Source: Marinoscillum sp.
Lineage (GTDB): Bacteria; Bacteroidota; Bacteroidia; Cytophagales; MED-G16
DNA length: 64,000 bases
Direction: 5' to 3'
Assembly: GCA_042095375.1 (NCBI GenBank)
Contig: JBELBJ010000002.1
Location: 69,185 to 133,184, forward strand
Positions within the stretch are counted from its first letter, which is position 1, and every line of letters begins with the position of its first letter. A program made the position numbers and the translations under genes. Below, piece after piece: positions 37,117 through 46,383 of the stretch. The notes below the pieces were generated by a model. It was not told where the DNA came from and made no database searches. It worked only from the letters and a program-made list of their open reading frames with translations.

Positions 37117-40009
37117 TATGAATTTTTTAAAATATATTTTATTTTATTTTATTATTCTTTCTGTAAAAGTAATAGGCCAAGATAATTCTTTAAATACAAA
37201 TAGCCTTGAATGGAGAAATATTGGTCCAGCAAATATGATGGGAAGGATTGCTGCAATTGATGCAAGCAATACCGATTATCGAAAAGTATTAATTGCTTCT
37301 GCATCAGGAGGTGTATTTAAATCTAATAATGCTGGAGTTACATGGGAAAGTATATTTGATTTTTATGGGGCAGGTTCAATAGGATCAGTCAAATTTGATC
37401 AACAAAATCTCAATACTATATGGGTAGGCACAGGAGAATCTGCAAATAGAAATTCTAGTGCATGGGGAGATGGAATATATAAATCAATAGATGGTGGAAA
37501 ATCATTTAAAAATATGGGTCTCAAATCAACACATCAAATTGCGGAAATAGCTATTCATCCTAAGAATTCAAATATAGTTTATGCAGCAGCTGTTGGACAT
37601 TTATGGGGATATTCCGGAGATAGAGGATTATTTAAAACCACGGATGGAGGAAAGTCATGGACAAAAGTATTAGGAGGTTTGCCCAATGATAAAAAAACTG
37701 GATGTACTGAAATAGTTTTTCATCCAAAAAATCCAGATATCATGTATGCAGGATTTTATCATAGATTAAGACAACCCGCTAGTTTTGTTAGCGGAGGAGA
37801 ACAAGGCGGATTATTCAAATCAGTAGATGGAGGTAAAACCTGGAAAAAAATAATTAAAGGACTAGCAAAAGGTAAAAGTGGAATGATAGATGTATCTATA
37901 CATCAAAATAACCCTAAAATAATTGTAATGGCATATGAAGCGGATGAAAATTTACCTGAAAGTGAGCCTGGAACAGGTGTATATATATCATATGATGAAG
38001 GAGAATCCTGGAATTTTCTTCTCAAACATGCAGTTCGACCTTTTTATCATGGACAAATAGAGATTGATCCAATCAATCCTGATAATATCTATGTGGTATC
38101 AAGAGGTTTTATGATTTCAAATGATGGAGGTAAAACTTTTTCACAAAGAAGATGGAGAACAGATGGAGGGGATGATCATGATATGTGGATAGCTCCCTAC
38201 GACAATAAAATTATGTATTTAGCTACAGATCAAGGATCAAGATTATCGGTAGATGGAGGAAAAACTTGGTTATCACATAATAATATGGCTATTGGTCAAT
38301 ACTATGCTATCGGAGTAGATATGAGAGACCCGTATTATGTTGGAGGAGGTCTACAAGACAATGGACTATGGATGACTCCAAGTAATAGTAGAGAATATAG
38401 AGGAATATTAAATATGCATAGTACGTGGATTGCAGAAGGGGATGGATTTCATACTCAAATTGACCCTGAAGATTGGAGAACAGTATATACTGTTAATCAT
38501 GTTGGATTTGTTGCTAGACAAAATATTGAAACAAGGGAATATACTTTTATTACTCCAACACCTGAGACAATTATTAACTTTAAAGAGTTTGTAAATTATA
38601 ATTATGACGAAACCAGAAATAAATATACAATTGATCCAGGCGAACATTGGTTCTTTAGAGAAAGACCTGATAGACCTCTACTCCCCCCACAATTTAGATT
38701 TAATTGGAGTAGTCCATTTATAATTTCTTCTCATGATTCAAAAAAAGTTTTATTTGGTTCAAATCACCTTTTTCAATCATATGATAGAGGTGATAGCTGG
38801 AAAATAATTAGCCCTGATCTTACAACAAACGATAAAAAACTAAGAAATACTTCTGATGGAGGTGGGCTTACAAATAGTAACACAGGTGGAGAAAATCATT
38901 TTACAATTATAACAATAAGTGACACTCCTCTTGATACTAATCTAATTTGGATTGGTACTGATGACGGAAATATTCAAATAACTAGAGATAATGGAATTAA
39001 TTGGGAAAATGTTAGAAAAAATATTAAAGGAGTTCCAAATAAAACATGGGTTAGTAGAGTCGAAGCATCAAAACATAAAAAAGGAAGAGCTTATGTTTCA
39101 TTTGATAACCACCGATTTGATGATAATAAGCCTTATGTTTTTATGACTGATGATTATGGAAAATCTTGGACTAATATTAGTGCCAACTTACCATTAGATT
39201 ATTCAGTTTATGTTATTAAAGAAGATTATATTGATGAAAATTTACTTTTTGTTGGAACTGAAAAGTCAGTATATTTTACAATAAATAAAGGAATAAATTG
39301 GGAAATGTTGGGTGATAAACTTCCTAGTGTAGCAATCCATGACCTAATTATTCATCCAAGGGATGGAGACTTAATTGCTGGAACACATGGAAGAAGTATA
39401 TGGATATTAGATGACATTTCTCCACTTAGGAAATTAGATAGAAAATCAAATAATCTTACTCCTACAAGAAAAGTTACTAAATGGATAAAAATAAATACAG
39501 GAAGAAAGCAACCTTTCTTTGAATTTAGAGGTAAAAACCCACCAGATGGAGCAATTATAAATTTTTATAGTAATAAAAATTATAATGGAAAATTGACAGT
39601 AACCAATATGTCAGGGTTGAATATTTATTCAAAATCAATTTCATTAAATAAAGGAATTAATAGATTTATTTGGCCCTTAGAGCTTGAAAGAAATAAAGAG
39701 GAATTAGATAGTTACAAACAAAAATTTATTGACTTAGTTGATTATTTTAAAAGTAATGTTTCAAATAAGAAAATTCTAATGTCATTAGATTTCAATAAAA
39801 CAAAATCTTTTAATGAAATAAACAAATTGAGAAAAGTTCTTCTTGATAATTATGGTATGTATGCTGAAGGAAAAAAAATATTCGGTGATAAAATTTATAA
39901 AAAATTTGATGCATCACCAGGAAATTATAAGGTTTATATAGAATTAGATAATGGAGAAGTATACTCAAATACAATTGATGTTAGAGATGATCCTATTAAA
40001 TCTAATTAA
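37106..40009 (+). CDS. secreted BNR/Asp-box repeat protein (sortilin/VPS10-like double propeller)
   Basis: 967 aa with a signal peptide. I count about 11 Asp-boxes, e.g. SIDGGKSF, TTDGGKSWT, SVDGGKTWK, SNDGGKTF, SYDRGDSWK, TDDYGKSWT. Overlaps the amidohydrolase gene by 11 nt. Confidence 0.75.
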   Translation: MNLNMNFLKYILFYFIILSVKVIGQDNSLNTNSLEWRNIGPANMMGRIAAIDASNTDYRKVLIASASGGVFKSNNAGVTWESIFDFYGAGSIGSVKFDQQNLNTIWVGTGESANRNSSAWGDGIYKSIDGGKSFKNMGLKSTHQIAEIAIHPKNSNIVYAAAVGHLWGYSGDRGLFKTTDGGKSWTKVLGGLPNDKKTGCTEIVFHPKNPDIMYAGFYHRLRQPASFVSGGEQGGLFKSVDGGKTWKKIIKGLAKGKSGMIDVSIHQNNPKIIVMAYEADENLPESEPGTGVYISYDEGESWNFLLKHAVRPFYHGQIEIDPINPDNIYVVSRGFMISNDGGKTFSQRRWRTDGGDDHDMWIAPYDNKIMYLATDQGSRLSVDGGKTWLSHNNMAIGQYYAIGVDMRDPYYVGGGLQDNGLWMTPSNSREYRGILNMHSTWIAEGDGFHTQIDPEDWRTVYTVNHVGFVARQNIETREYTFITPTPETIINFKEFVNYNYDETRNKYTIDPGEHWFFRERPDRPLLPPQFRFNWSSPFIISSHDSKKVLFGSNHLFQSYDRGDSWKIISPDLTTNDKKLRNTSDGGGLTNSNTGGENHFTIITISDTPLDTNLIWIGTDDGNIQITRDNGINWENVRKNIKGVPNKTWVSRVEASKHKKGRAYVSFDNHRFDDNKPYVFMTDDYGKSWTNISANLPLDYSVYVIKEDYIDENLLFVGTEKSVYFTINKGINWEMLGDKLPSVAIHDLIIHPRDGDLIAGTHGRSIWILDDISPLRKLDRKSNNLTPTRKVTKWIKINTGRKQPFFEFRGKNPPDGAIINFYSNKNYNGKLTVTNMSGLNIYSKSISLNKGINRFIWPLELERNKEELDSYKQKFIDLVDYFKSNVSNKKILMSLDFNKTKSFNEINKLRKVLLDNYGMYAEGKKIFGDKIYKKFDASPGNYKVYIELDNGEVYSNTIDVRDDPIKSN

Positions 40010-42113
40010 TATCTCCTTTTGAAAGTCTTTGTAAAAAATCAGCAGTAGCTTTATTTACATTCATTTGATTTTCAAACAGCATAAAATGATGAGTGTCATC
40101 AACTATAACCATTGTTTCAATGTAAACTTTTTTATTTCTTAATCTTTGCACAAGATCTGTACTCTGTCTGAAATCCACATTTCTATCGTCATCCGCATGA
40201 ATTATTAAAACAGGAGATTCCCATGTATCAACATCAGCAACTGGAGACGATTCCCATGCCGTAGTTCTACCAAGGTTATAATCAGAGGGTTTTTCATAAT
40301 AATTAGAATTTAGGTAACTATATCTTGTCCAATCATGTACACCATGTATATCAACCCCTCCTGAAAATAATTCCGAATCCCTTCCTAAAGCCATCGCTGT
40401 TAAAAAGCCTCCATAACTACCCCCATAAACATAAATCCTTTTTGGATCTATATTTTTTTGAGACTTTAACCATAAACCAGAAGCTTTAATATCTTGATAT
40501 TCAGAAGCTCCTTTAGCCCTTCCATCAATTGGATTATGAAATTCATATCCATATCCAATTCCTAATCTGAAATTTACTGAAATCACTACAAATCCTTGAT
40601 TTGCTAAGTATTGATTTAAGGCATAAGCATTAGAATAATAGGATGAATAATGCCATCCTAATAACATTTGTCTTGGAGGACCTCCATGAATATAAATAAT
40701 AGCAGGTTTATTTTTTTTACCATCATTTTTTTCAAATTTCGTTGCATGAATTTGAATACCATCAAGAGAATTAAATTTTATTTGGGTAGGAACAACCATT
40801 TTTTTTGATGGAAAATCATTAGGAATCCTATCTTGTGACAATATTTTTTTTGAACTTTTTTCTAAATTAATTATAGTTGGGAGAGGAGGTCTTGAGGAAG
40901 TAGCACTTATGTATGCAATATTTTTTAAATCTCCTGTAACTAGTGGCGTCCACTCCAATCCTTTTCCATTTGTTAATACCTCCATATCAGACTTATCTAC
41001 TGAAACTTTAACTATATGCCTTCTATCAATATCATATTTATCATCACCAGTGTTGGCAGTAAAAACAAGTGATTTTTTGTCTGGTGAGAGTTTTATATAT
41101 TCACACATAAATTCACCGGGTGTAAGCAGTAACTCTTCCCCGCCATCTTCTGAAATAGAATAAAGATGAGGCCAACCATCATGATAAGAAAGAAAGACAA
41201 TTCTATTTTTTGCCCAATGTAAATTTGTTCCTCCATGAGTTCTTGGAAGTGATCCTCTTAGAGTTTTAGGTGGTTCCCATAAAACTTTAGATTTTGAAGA
41301 GTTTAAGTTAGTCTTAACAATTTTCCATGGAATATGCCTTGCACCAAGAAATGAATCAGGCTTTCCAGCTGCTCCAGGTCGTCTAATAAAAACAATTTCA
41401 GTGCCATCAGGAGACCATCTTGGAGACGAATCTCTATCAAATGATGGGTCAAGCCATTTAATTGGAATATCTTTATTTTGAAAAATCCCTATAAATGACC
41501 TATCAGTCCTATATGATACAAATGCAACTTTTGTTCCATCAGGAGACCAAATATGAGATCCATTTCTACCTCTTGAATGAAAAAGTTTTTTTGGTTCTCC
41601 CTCACCATTAATAGATGATACCCATAATTGTCCATTTTTAATGTAAGCAACTTTATCATTATTAGGAGAAATCACTGGATTAATTCCTTCGTCAATTAAA
41701 ATTGGATTTCCACCTGAAAAAGGAAAACTCCAAATTTGTACTTTAGGTGGTAATGGATTAAAAGTTGGATTTACAGGTAACTCATCATCCCAATTAGATC
41801 CAAAATCACCTCCTCTAACATAAACAACCCAATTTCCATCTGATGAAACAGATAGACTAGATATTTCTTGTCCATCATCAGACATATATGAAGTTAGTTG
41901 CCTAGGTATAAAATCATTTCCTTCTGCTACATAAATATTTCTTTTGCCCTGTTCATCAAACGCCCAAGCAATTTTGGAGGATTTCGAAGATCCAGTCAAT
42001 TCATTAGGAAATGGATAAGATTTTATTTGATCTAAAGTGAAATCTTGAGATAAAAGATCAAAAGAAAAAAATAAAAAGAATAAAAAGAATAAAAAGAAAT
42101 TATTTGATTTCAT
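40002..42113 (-). CDS. S9-family serine peptidase (TolB-like propeller + prolyl-oligopeptidase domain)
   Basis: 703 aa with a signal peptide. Repeated SPDG/SWSPDG propeller motifs and GGSYGG nucleophile, then DDDRNV and DDTHHF. Confidence 0.85.
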   Translation of the reverse strand: MKSNNFFLFFLFFLFFSFDLLSQDFTLDQIKSYPFPNELTGSSKSSKIAWAFDEQGKRNIYVAEGNDFIPRQLTSYMSDDGQEISSLSVSSDGNWVVYVRGGDFGSNWDDELPVNPTFNPLPPKVQIWSFPFSGGNPILIDEGINPVISPNNDKVAYIKNGQLWVSSINGEGEPKKLFHSRGRNGSHIWSPDGTKVAFVSYRTDRSFIGIFQNKDIPIKWLDPSFDRDSSPRWSPDGTEIVFIRRPGAAGKPDSFLGARHIPWKIVKTNLNSSKSKVLWEPPKTLRGSLPRTHGGTNLHWAKNRIVFLSYHDGWPHLYSISEDGGEELLLTPGEFMCEYIKLSPDKKSLVFTANTGDDKYDIDRRHIVKVSVDKSDMEVLTNGKGLEWTPLVTGDLKNIAYISATSSRPPLPTIINLEKSSKKILSQDRIPNDFPSKKMVVPTQIKFNSLDGIQIHATKFEKNDGKKNKPAIIYIHGGPPRQMLLGWHYSSYYSNAYALNQYLANQGFVVISVNFRLGIGYGYEFHNPIDGRAKGASEYQDIKASGLWLKSQKNIDPKRIYVYGGSYGGFLTAMALGRDSELFSGGVDIHGVHDWTRYSYLNSNYYEKPSDYNLGRTTAWESSPVADVDTWESPVLIIHADDDRNVDFRQSTDLVQRLRNKKVYIETMVIVDDTHHFMLFENQMNVNKATADFLQRLSKGDIN

Positions 42114-42549
42114 AAGAACCTATTTTTATGTGAGCATATAAACTTAAAGTAAATAAAATAAGAGCAGCCCACATCAAATAAATAAAATGTGAACTAGGTA
42201 TCCAATTATAAGCTAGAATTAAATTAACAATCAATAAACTTCCTAAAGCATAAAATATTCTTATTCTAACATAAGAAATTTTTAATATTTTTTCAGAAGA
42301 AAATGCTAAAAGCATTGTGCCAATCCCTATTACATATAAACCTAAAAATCTATATATCTGAGTTAAATATTCTGACAAAGTTTTGTTTTTTTCAGATGAA
42401 AAAAGTTCATCAAATGTCATATTTAATCTTTCCTCATTAGCAACCTGATCCAACATCCATGGTTCATCCGAAATCATCCATCTAACTCCAGATATTATTA
42501 AAGTTACACTAATTAAAAGCAGAGGTATTCTCAATAAATATTTTATCAT
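42100..42549 (-). CDS. hypothetical 4-TM membrane protein
   Basis: 149 aa, hydrophobic. Overlaps the S9 peptidase gene by 14 nt. Confidence 0.4.
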   Translation of the reverse strand: MIKYLLRIPLLLISVTLIISGVRWMISDEPWMLDQVANEERLNMTFDELFSSEKNKTLSEYLTQIYRFLGLYVIGIGTMLLAFSSEKILKISYVRIRIFYALGSLLIVNLILAYNWIPSSHFIYLMWAALILFTLSLYAHIKIGSYEIK

Positions 42550-42555
42550 TAATAT

Positions 42556-44091
42556 CTAATATTTTGCTGAGCTTTTTGGTAATGTTTTAGATATAAACTC
42601 TCTAATATCATCATTGGAGTTTTTCAAATCCTCTCTCCTTAAATACATCATATGCCCACTCTCATATCCTTTAAAATACAATCTATCCTTCATCTTTCCA
42701 CTTGGATCGATATGCCACATAGTATACTTAGCATCATAGTATTGAGTAGCACCATCATAATAACCTGACTGAATCATTACATTAAGAAATGGATTTTTTG
42801 CCATAGCCTGTCTTAAATTATCTCCCGTTTTGTCATTATCCCGATTCCATGGCCTAACATTTCCCCAAACATTATAGTTCATATTAGTTTCATACTTTAA
42901 TTCATTTTTTAAATAGTATTGCATTGCAGGTGTAAAAGCATGATCCCATGCATCAAGCTCTGGATAACTACCAACAGTTACTCCAGCATTTTTTTTATCT
43001 ATACCTCTATATCTTGAATCTAATCTTCCTAGAATAAAACCTTCATTATACAATAATTTTTTCCAAAAGTATTGATTTGTTACATCAAGATTGTTGTCAA
43101 TAAAATCTCTTTCAGTTAAACCTGAATATTTTCCAGCAGCCTTAGCTATTTCTTTTCTTTTTGAATCTGAAACTGAATTTCCAAGAGTGATTGCAGGTAA
43201 AAATTCATTGATAGTAAATTTTTCAACCTCATCCAATAAATCTAAAAGTTGTTTATTTTGTAATTCATCTTCTAATTTTTTATGATACCAAGCGGTAGCT
43301 GCAAAGTATGGTAATCTTAAAGCAGAGTTAACAGGCCCGTCTCTTTTAATTCCAAGACCAGTCGGTGAAACTAAAATAACACCATTTAAATATGTAGTAT
43401 GCCATCTACTTTGAAGTTCTAATGCAAGACCAGAGCATCTTGTAGTACCATAACTTTCACCAATTAGATATTTTGGTGAAAGCCATCTATTATATTTATT
43501 TATAAAATCTTCTATCCACTGTGCTAGATATTTTATATCAGAATTTACACCAAAAAAATTCGCTCTATCATAGTCTTTGTCTAGAATTCTAGAGAGTCCA
43601 ACGTTTACTGGATTAACATATACAATATCTGCTACATCAATAATTGAATACGGATTATCTTTAATACCATATGGTTGTGTCGGAAAACCTTCATCATCTA
43701 TATTTAAAGTTCTTGGGCTAGTATATCCCATATGCATCCATATAGATGCTGCACCTGGCCCTCCGTTAAAAGAAATAAAAAGAGGTCTTTTTTTTACATC
43801 TTTTACATCTGTTCTTTTATAATAGGTATAAAATAAAGTAGCGACAGCTTTATCATCCTCACTCCAAACAGGGAGTGTTCCCGCTGTTGCAGAATAAGGA
43901 ATCCTGTTTCCATTAACTGTTACAAAATGATTGGTAACGACACTACTTTCTGCCTCGATACTTCTAGTTTGTGCATAAGAATTAGTAAAAAAAATACTTA
44001 AAAAAATTATTTGGATTATTGTTGTTTTCATTTTAATAAAAATTTTTATTATTAAATATATTAAAAAATTATTGAACAACTTATTTAGCAT
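42556..44091 (-). CDS. S10-family serine carboxypeptidase
   Basis: FNGGPGAASIWMHMG, LIGESYGTTRC (nucleophile) and GYESGHMMY (His). The likely true start is ATG at 44031 (MKTTIIQ...SYAQ signal peptide). Confidence 0.8.
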   Translation of the reverse strand: MLNKLFNNFLIYLIIKIFIKMKTTIIQIIFLSIFFTNSYAQTRSIEAESSVVTNHFVTVNGNRIPYSATAGTLPVWSEDDKAVATLFYTYYKRTDVKDVKKRPLFISFNGGPGAASIWMHMGYTSPRTLNIDDEGFPTQPYGIKDNPYSIIDVADIVYVNPVNVGLSRILDKDYDRANFFGVNSDIKYLAQWIEDFINKYNRWLSPKYLIGESYGTTRCSGLALELQSRWHTTYLNGVILVSPTGLGIKRDGPVNSALRLPYFAATAWYHKKLEDELQNKQLLDLLDEVEKFTINEFLPAITLGNSVSDSKRKEIAKAAGKYSGLTERDFIDNNLDVTNQYFWKKLLYNEGFILGRLDSRYRGIDKKNAGVTVGSYPELDAWDHAFTPAMQYYLKNELKYETNMNYNVWGNVRPWNRDNDKTGDNLRQAMAKNPFLNVMIQSGYYDGATQYYDAKYTMWHIDPSGKMKDRLYFKGYESGHMMYLRREDLKNSNDDIREFISKTLPKSSAKY

Positions 44092-44116
44092 TGCTAAACT
44101 TGTACAAATTATTTAA

Positions 44117-44878
44117 ATGGATTTAAATATACTAAAAGATAAAAATTCTCATCCAAGAGACTCTAGAATAAAATTTGATTCAGAAAATCATATTTATTCG
44201 ATTGATGATAACAATAATTATATCTCAGTTACTCAATTAATTAGTAATTTTTTTCCACGCTTTGATAAAGATTATTGGGCAAATAAGGAAAGTATTAAAA
44301 CTGGTATGCCTAAAAAAGAAATAATTAAAGGATGGGATGAAAAAGGAAGAAAAGCAAGAGAATCAGGCACTCATATGCACCTACAAATTGAAAAATATTA
44401 TAACAATATTGAATATGAAAAAAATATTGAAATCTTAAAGTTTTTAGAATTTGAAAAAAAATATATTAAAGACAAACACCAAGCATATAGAACAGAATGG
44501 AAAATATTTGATGAAGATAGTTTTCTTGCCGGAACAGTTGATATGGTTTATAAAAAAAAAGAAGGCGAGTTATTTATTTTTGATTGGAAAAGAAGCAAGA
44601 ATATTATTAATAAAGATGGAACAATAGATAATAAAAATCCTTTTGAAAATGGTAAAAAAGGATTAAGTCATCTTAGTTCTACCGATTACAATAAATATAC
44701 ACTTCAACAAAATATTTATAAATATATTTTAGAGAAAAATTATGATAAAAAAATTTCAAGTATGAATTTATTAATCCTTCATCCTAACTATTTAACCTTT
44801 CATATAGTTCAAGTTCCAGAAATGAAAGATGAAACTGAATACTTAATTGAGAAAAGTAAAAAAAATATTAGGTTATGA
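44117..44878 (+). CDS. PD-(D/E)XK nuclease (MGME1/RecB-like)
   Basis: 253 aa. NHIYSI...ISVTQLI, ESGTHMHLQIE, GTVDMVY (motif II Asp), FIFDWKRS (D-x-K) and LQQNIYKYIL (QxxxY). The stop overlaps the next start (ATGA). Confidence 0.7.
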   Translation: MDLNILKDKNSHPRDSRIKFDSENHIYSIDDNNNYISVTQLISNFFPRFDKDYWANKESIKTGMPKKEIIKGWDEKGRKARESGTHMHLQIEKYYNNIEYEKNIEILKFLEFEKKYIKDKHQAYRTEWKIFDEDSFLAGTVDMVYKKKEGELFIFDWKRSKNIINKDGTIDNKNPFENGKKGLSHLSSTDYNKYTLQQNIYKYILEKNYDKKISSMNLLILHPNYLTFHIVQVPEMKDETEYLIEKSKKNIRL

Positions 44879-46380
44879 AAATTAGTTATCCTGCCATTCT
44901 AGATGGTGGATTATCATATCCATTGGAAAAAAATGGATTAGATATTAAAAACAATTTATGGGTATCTGAATTATTAATTTCCAATCCAAAAGCAATAAAA
45001 AAAGCACATATTGATTATATAGACTCTGGAGCTGAAATTATTACTTCTTCAAGCTACCAAGCATCATTCAATTTATTGAAGAATAGAGGATACGATGAAT
45101 CAAAATCCAAAGAAATAATATTAAAATCAATAAAAATATTAAAGCAGCTAAAAAAAAAATATAAGAAGAATTTCATCATAGCAGCAAGCATAGGACCATA
45201 TGGATCATCACTTGCGGATGGTTCTGAATATAAAGGTTTAAAAAATATTGATGATGAAAAAATTTATAAGTTCTACAAAAAAAAAGTTGATATTTTAGAT
45301 AAATCAGAAGCGGATTTGTTAGCATTTGAAACAATTCCCAGTTTTAAAGAAGCCAAAGTAATATCAAAAATTATCAAATCTGCAAAAAAAAAGTGCTGGA
45401 TTTCATTTAGTTGTCAAAATGAAAAAGAAATAAATGACGGGACTCATATAGAAAAATGTTGCATTCTTCTAAAAAATCATCCTAAAGTTTTTGCAATTGG
45501 AATTAATTGTACATCCCCTATCTATATATCAAATTTGATTCAAATTATTAAAAAAAAAATTACAAATAAAAAAATTATTGCATACCCAAATTCAGGTGAA
45601 ATATATGATGGTAAAAAAAAAGTTTGGAGAGGAAATGTAATCCGTTCTTTTGAATCATATATTGATGAATGGTTAACATTAGGAGTTGATATTTTAGGAG
45701 GTTGTTGTAGAGTTGGGCCTGAAGAAATAAAGAAAATTAAAAGAAAAGCTGATTTATTTAAATTAGATGGGAAAAAAAATTTTTCTAAACCATTTGAAAA
45801 GTTAAAATCTGATCCAGTTATGAGGTTTTTAATTTCAAAATTTGGAAAAAATATTGATTTAACGGACAGATATAATTCCAATTATTCAAAAGCATTATCC
45901 GATCTAATAATTGAGCAACAAATAAGTTTCAAAGCTGCTATAACAATAAAGAAAAAATTTAATTCATTAATTAAAAATTTGACAAATAATGAAATTATAG
46001 AATTGCCATCAAAAAATTTTCAAAGTATTGGAATTTCAAAAAGAAAAATTGAATATATAAAAAATGTATATGAGTTTTTTAAAACCAAAAACAATAACTT
46101 AAAAGAAATGTCTGATCAAGAAGTAATACAATATTTAACTAAAATAAAAGGAGTTGGAAAATGGACTGCAGAAATGTTTTTGATATTTATATTATTTAGA
46201 ACGAATATTTTTTCTAATAATGATCTTGCCTTAATTAATAGTGTAAAAATTAATTATGGAATTAAGAACTTAACTGAAAATAAACTTGAAAAATTAATTA
46301 ATTTATGGAATCCATATAAAACCATAGCTTCATTGTTACTATGGAAATCCATTGAAGAAAAAATTTTTTATAAAAAATAA
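44875..46380 (+). CDS. fusion protein: homocysteine S-methyltransferase domain + AlkA-type HhH-GPD DNA-3-methyladenine glycosylase domain
   Basis: 501 aa in one uninterrupted frame. The N-terminal ~290 aa carry ILDGGLSYPLEKNGLD..NLWVSELL, ITSSSYQAS, GINCTSP and GGCCRVGPEEI (Zn Cys ligands). The C-terminal ~200 aa carry IIEQQISFKAA, GISKRKIEYIKNV, IKGVGKWTAEMFLIF (HhH-GPD) and NNDLAL (candidate catalytic Asp). Confidence 0.8.
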   Translation: MKISYPAILDGGLSYPLEKNGLDIKNNLWVSELLISNPKAIKKAHIDYIDSGAEIITSSSYQASFNLLKNRGYDESKSKEIILKSIKILKQLKKKYKKNFIIAASIGPYGSSLADGSEYKGLKNIDDEKIYKFYKKKVDILDKSEADLLAFETIPSFKEAKVISKIIKSAKKKCWISFSCQNEKEINDGTHIEKCCILLKNHPKVFAIGINCTSPIYISNLIQIIKKKITNKKIIAYPNSGEIYDGKKKVWRGNVIRSFESYIDEWLTLGVDILGGCCRVGPEEIKKIKRKADLFKLDGKKNFSKPFEKLKSDPVMRFLISKFGKNIDLTDRYNSNYSKALSDLIIEQQISFKAAITIKKKFNSLIKNLTNNEIIELPSKNFQSIGISKRKIEYIKNVYEFFKTKNNNLKEMSDQEVIQYLTKIKGVGKWTAEMFLIFILFRTNIFSNNDLALINSVKINYGIKNLTENKLEKLINLWNPYKTIASLLLWKSIEEKIFYKK

Positions 46381-46383
46381 GTT

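Noticed and set aside
42071-42097. Three perfect tandem copies of the 9-mer ATAAAAAGA. Considered as a possible micro-satellite, phase-variation site or CRISPR-like repeat.
   Set aside because: There are only three copies. They are in-frame and encode the hydrophobic core (FFLFFLFFLF) of the S9 peptidase signal peptide. There are no spacers, and copy-number change would only lengthen the signal. I have no evidence of switching.
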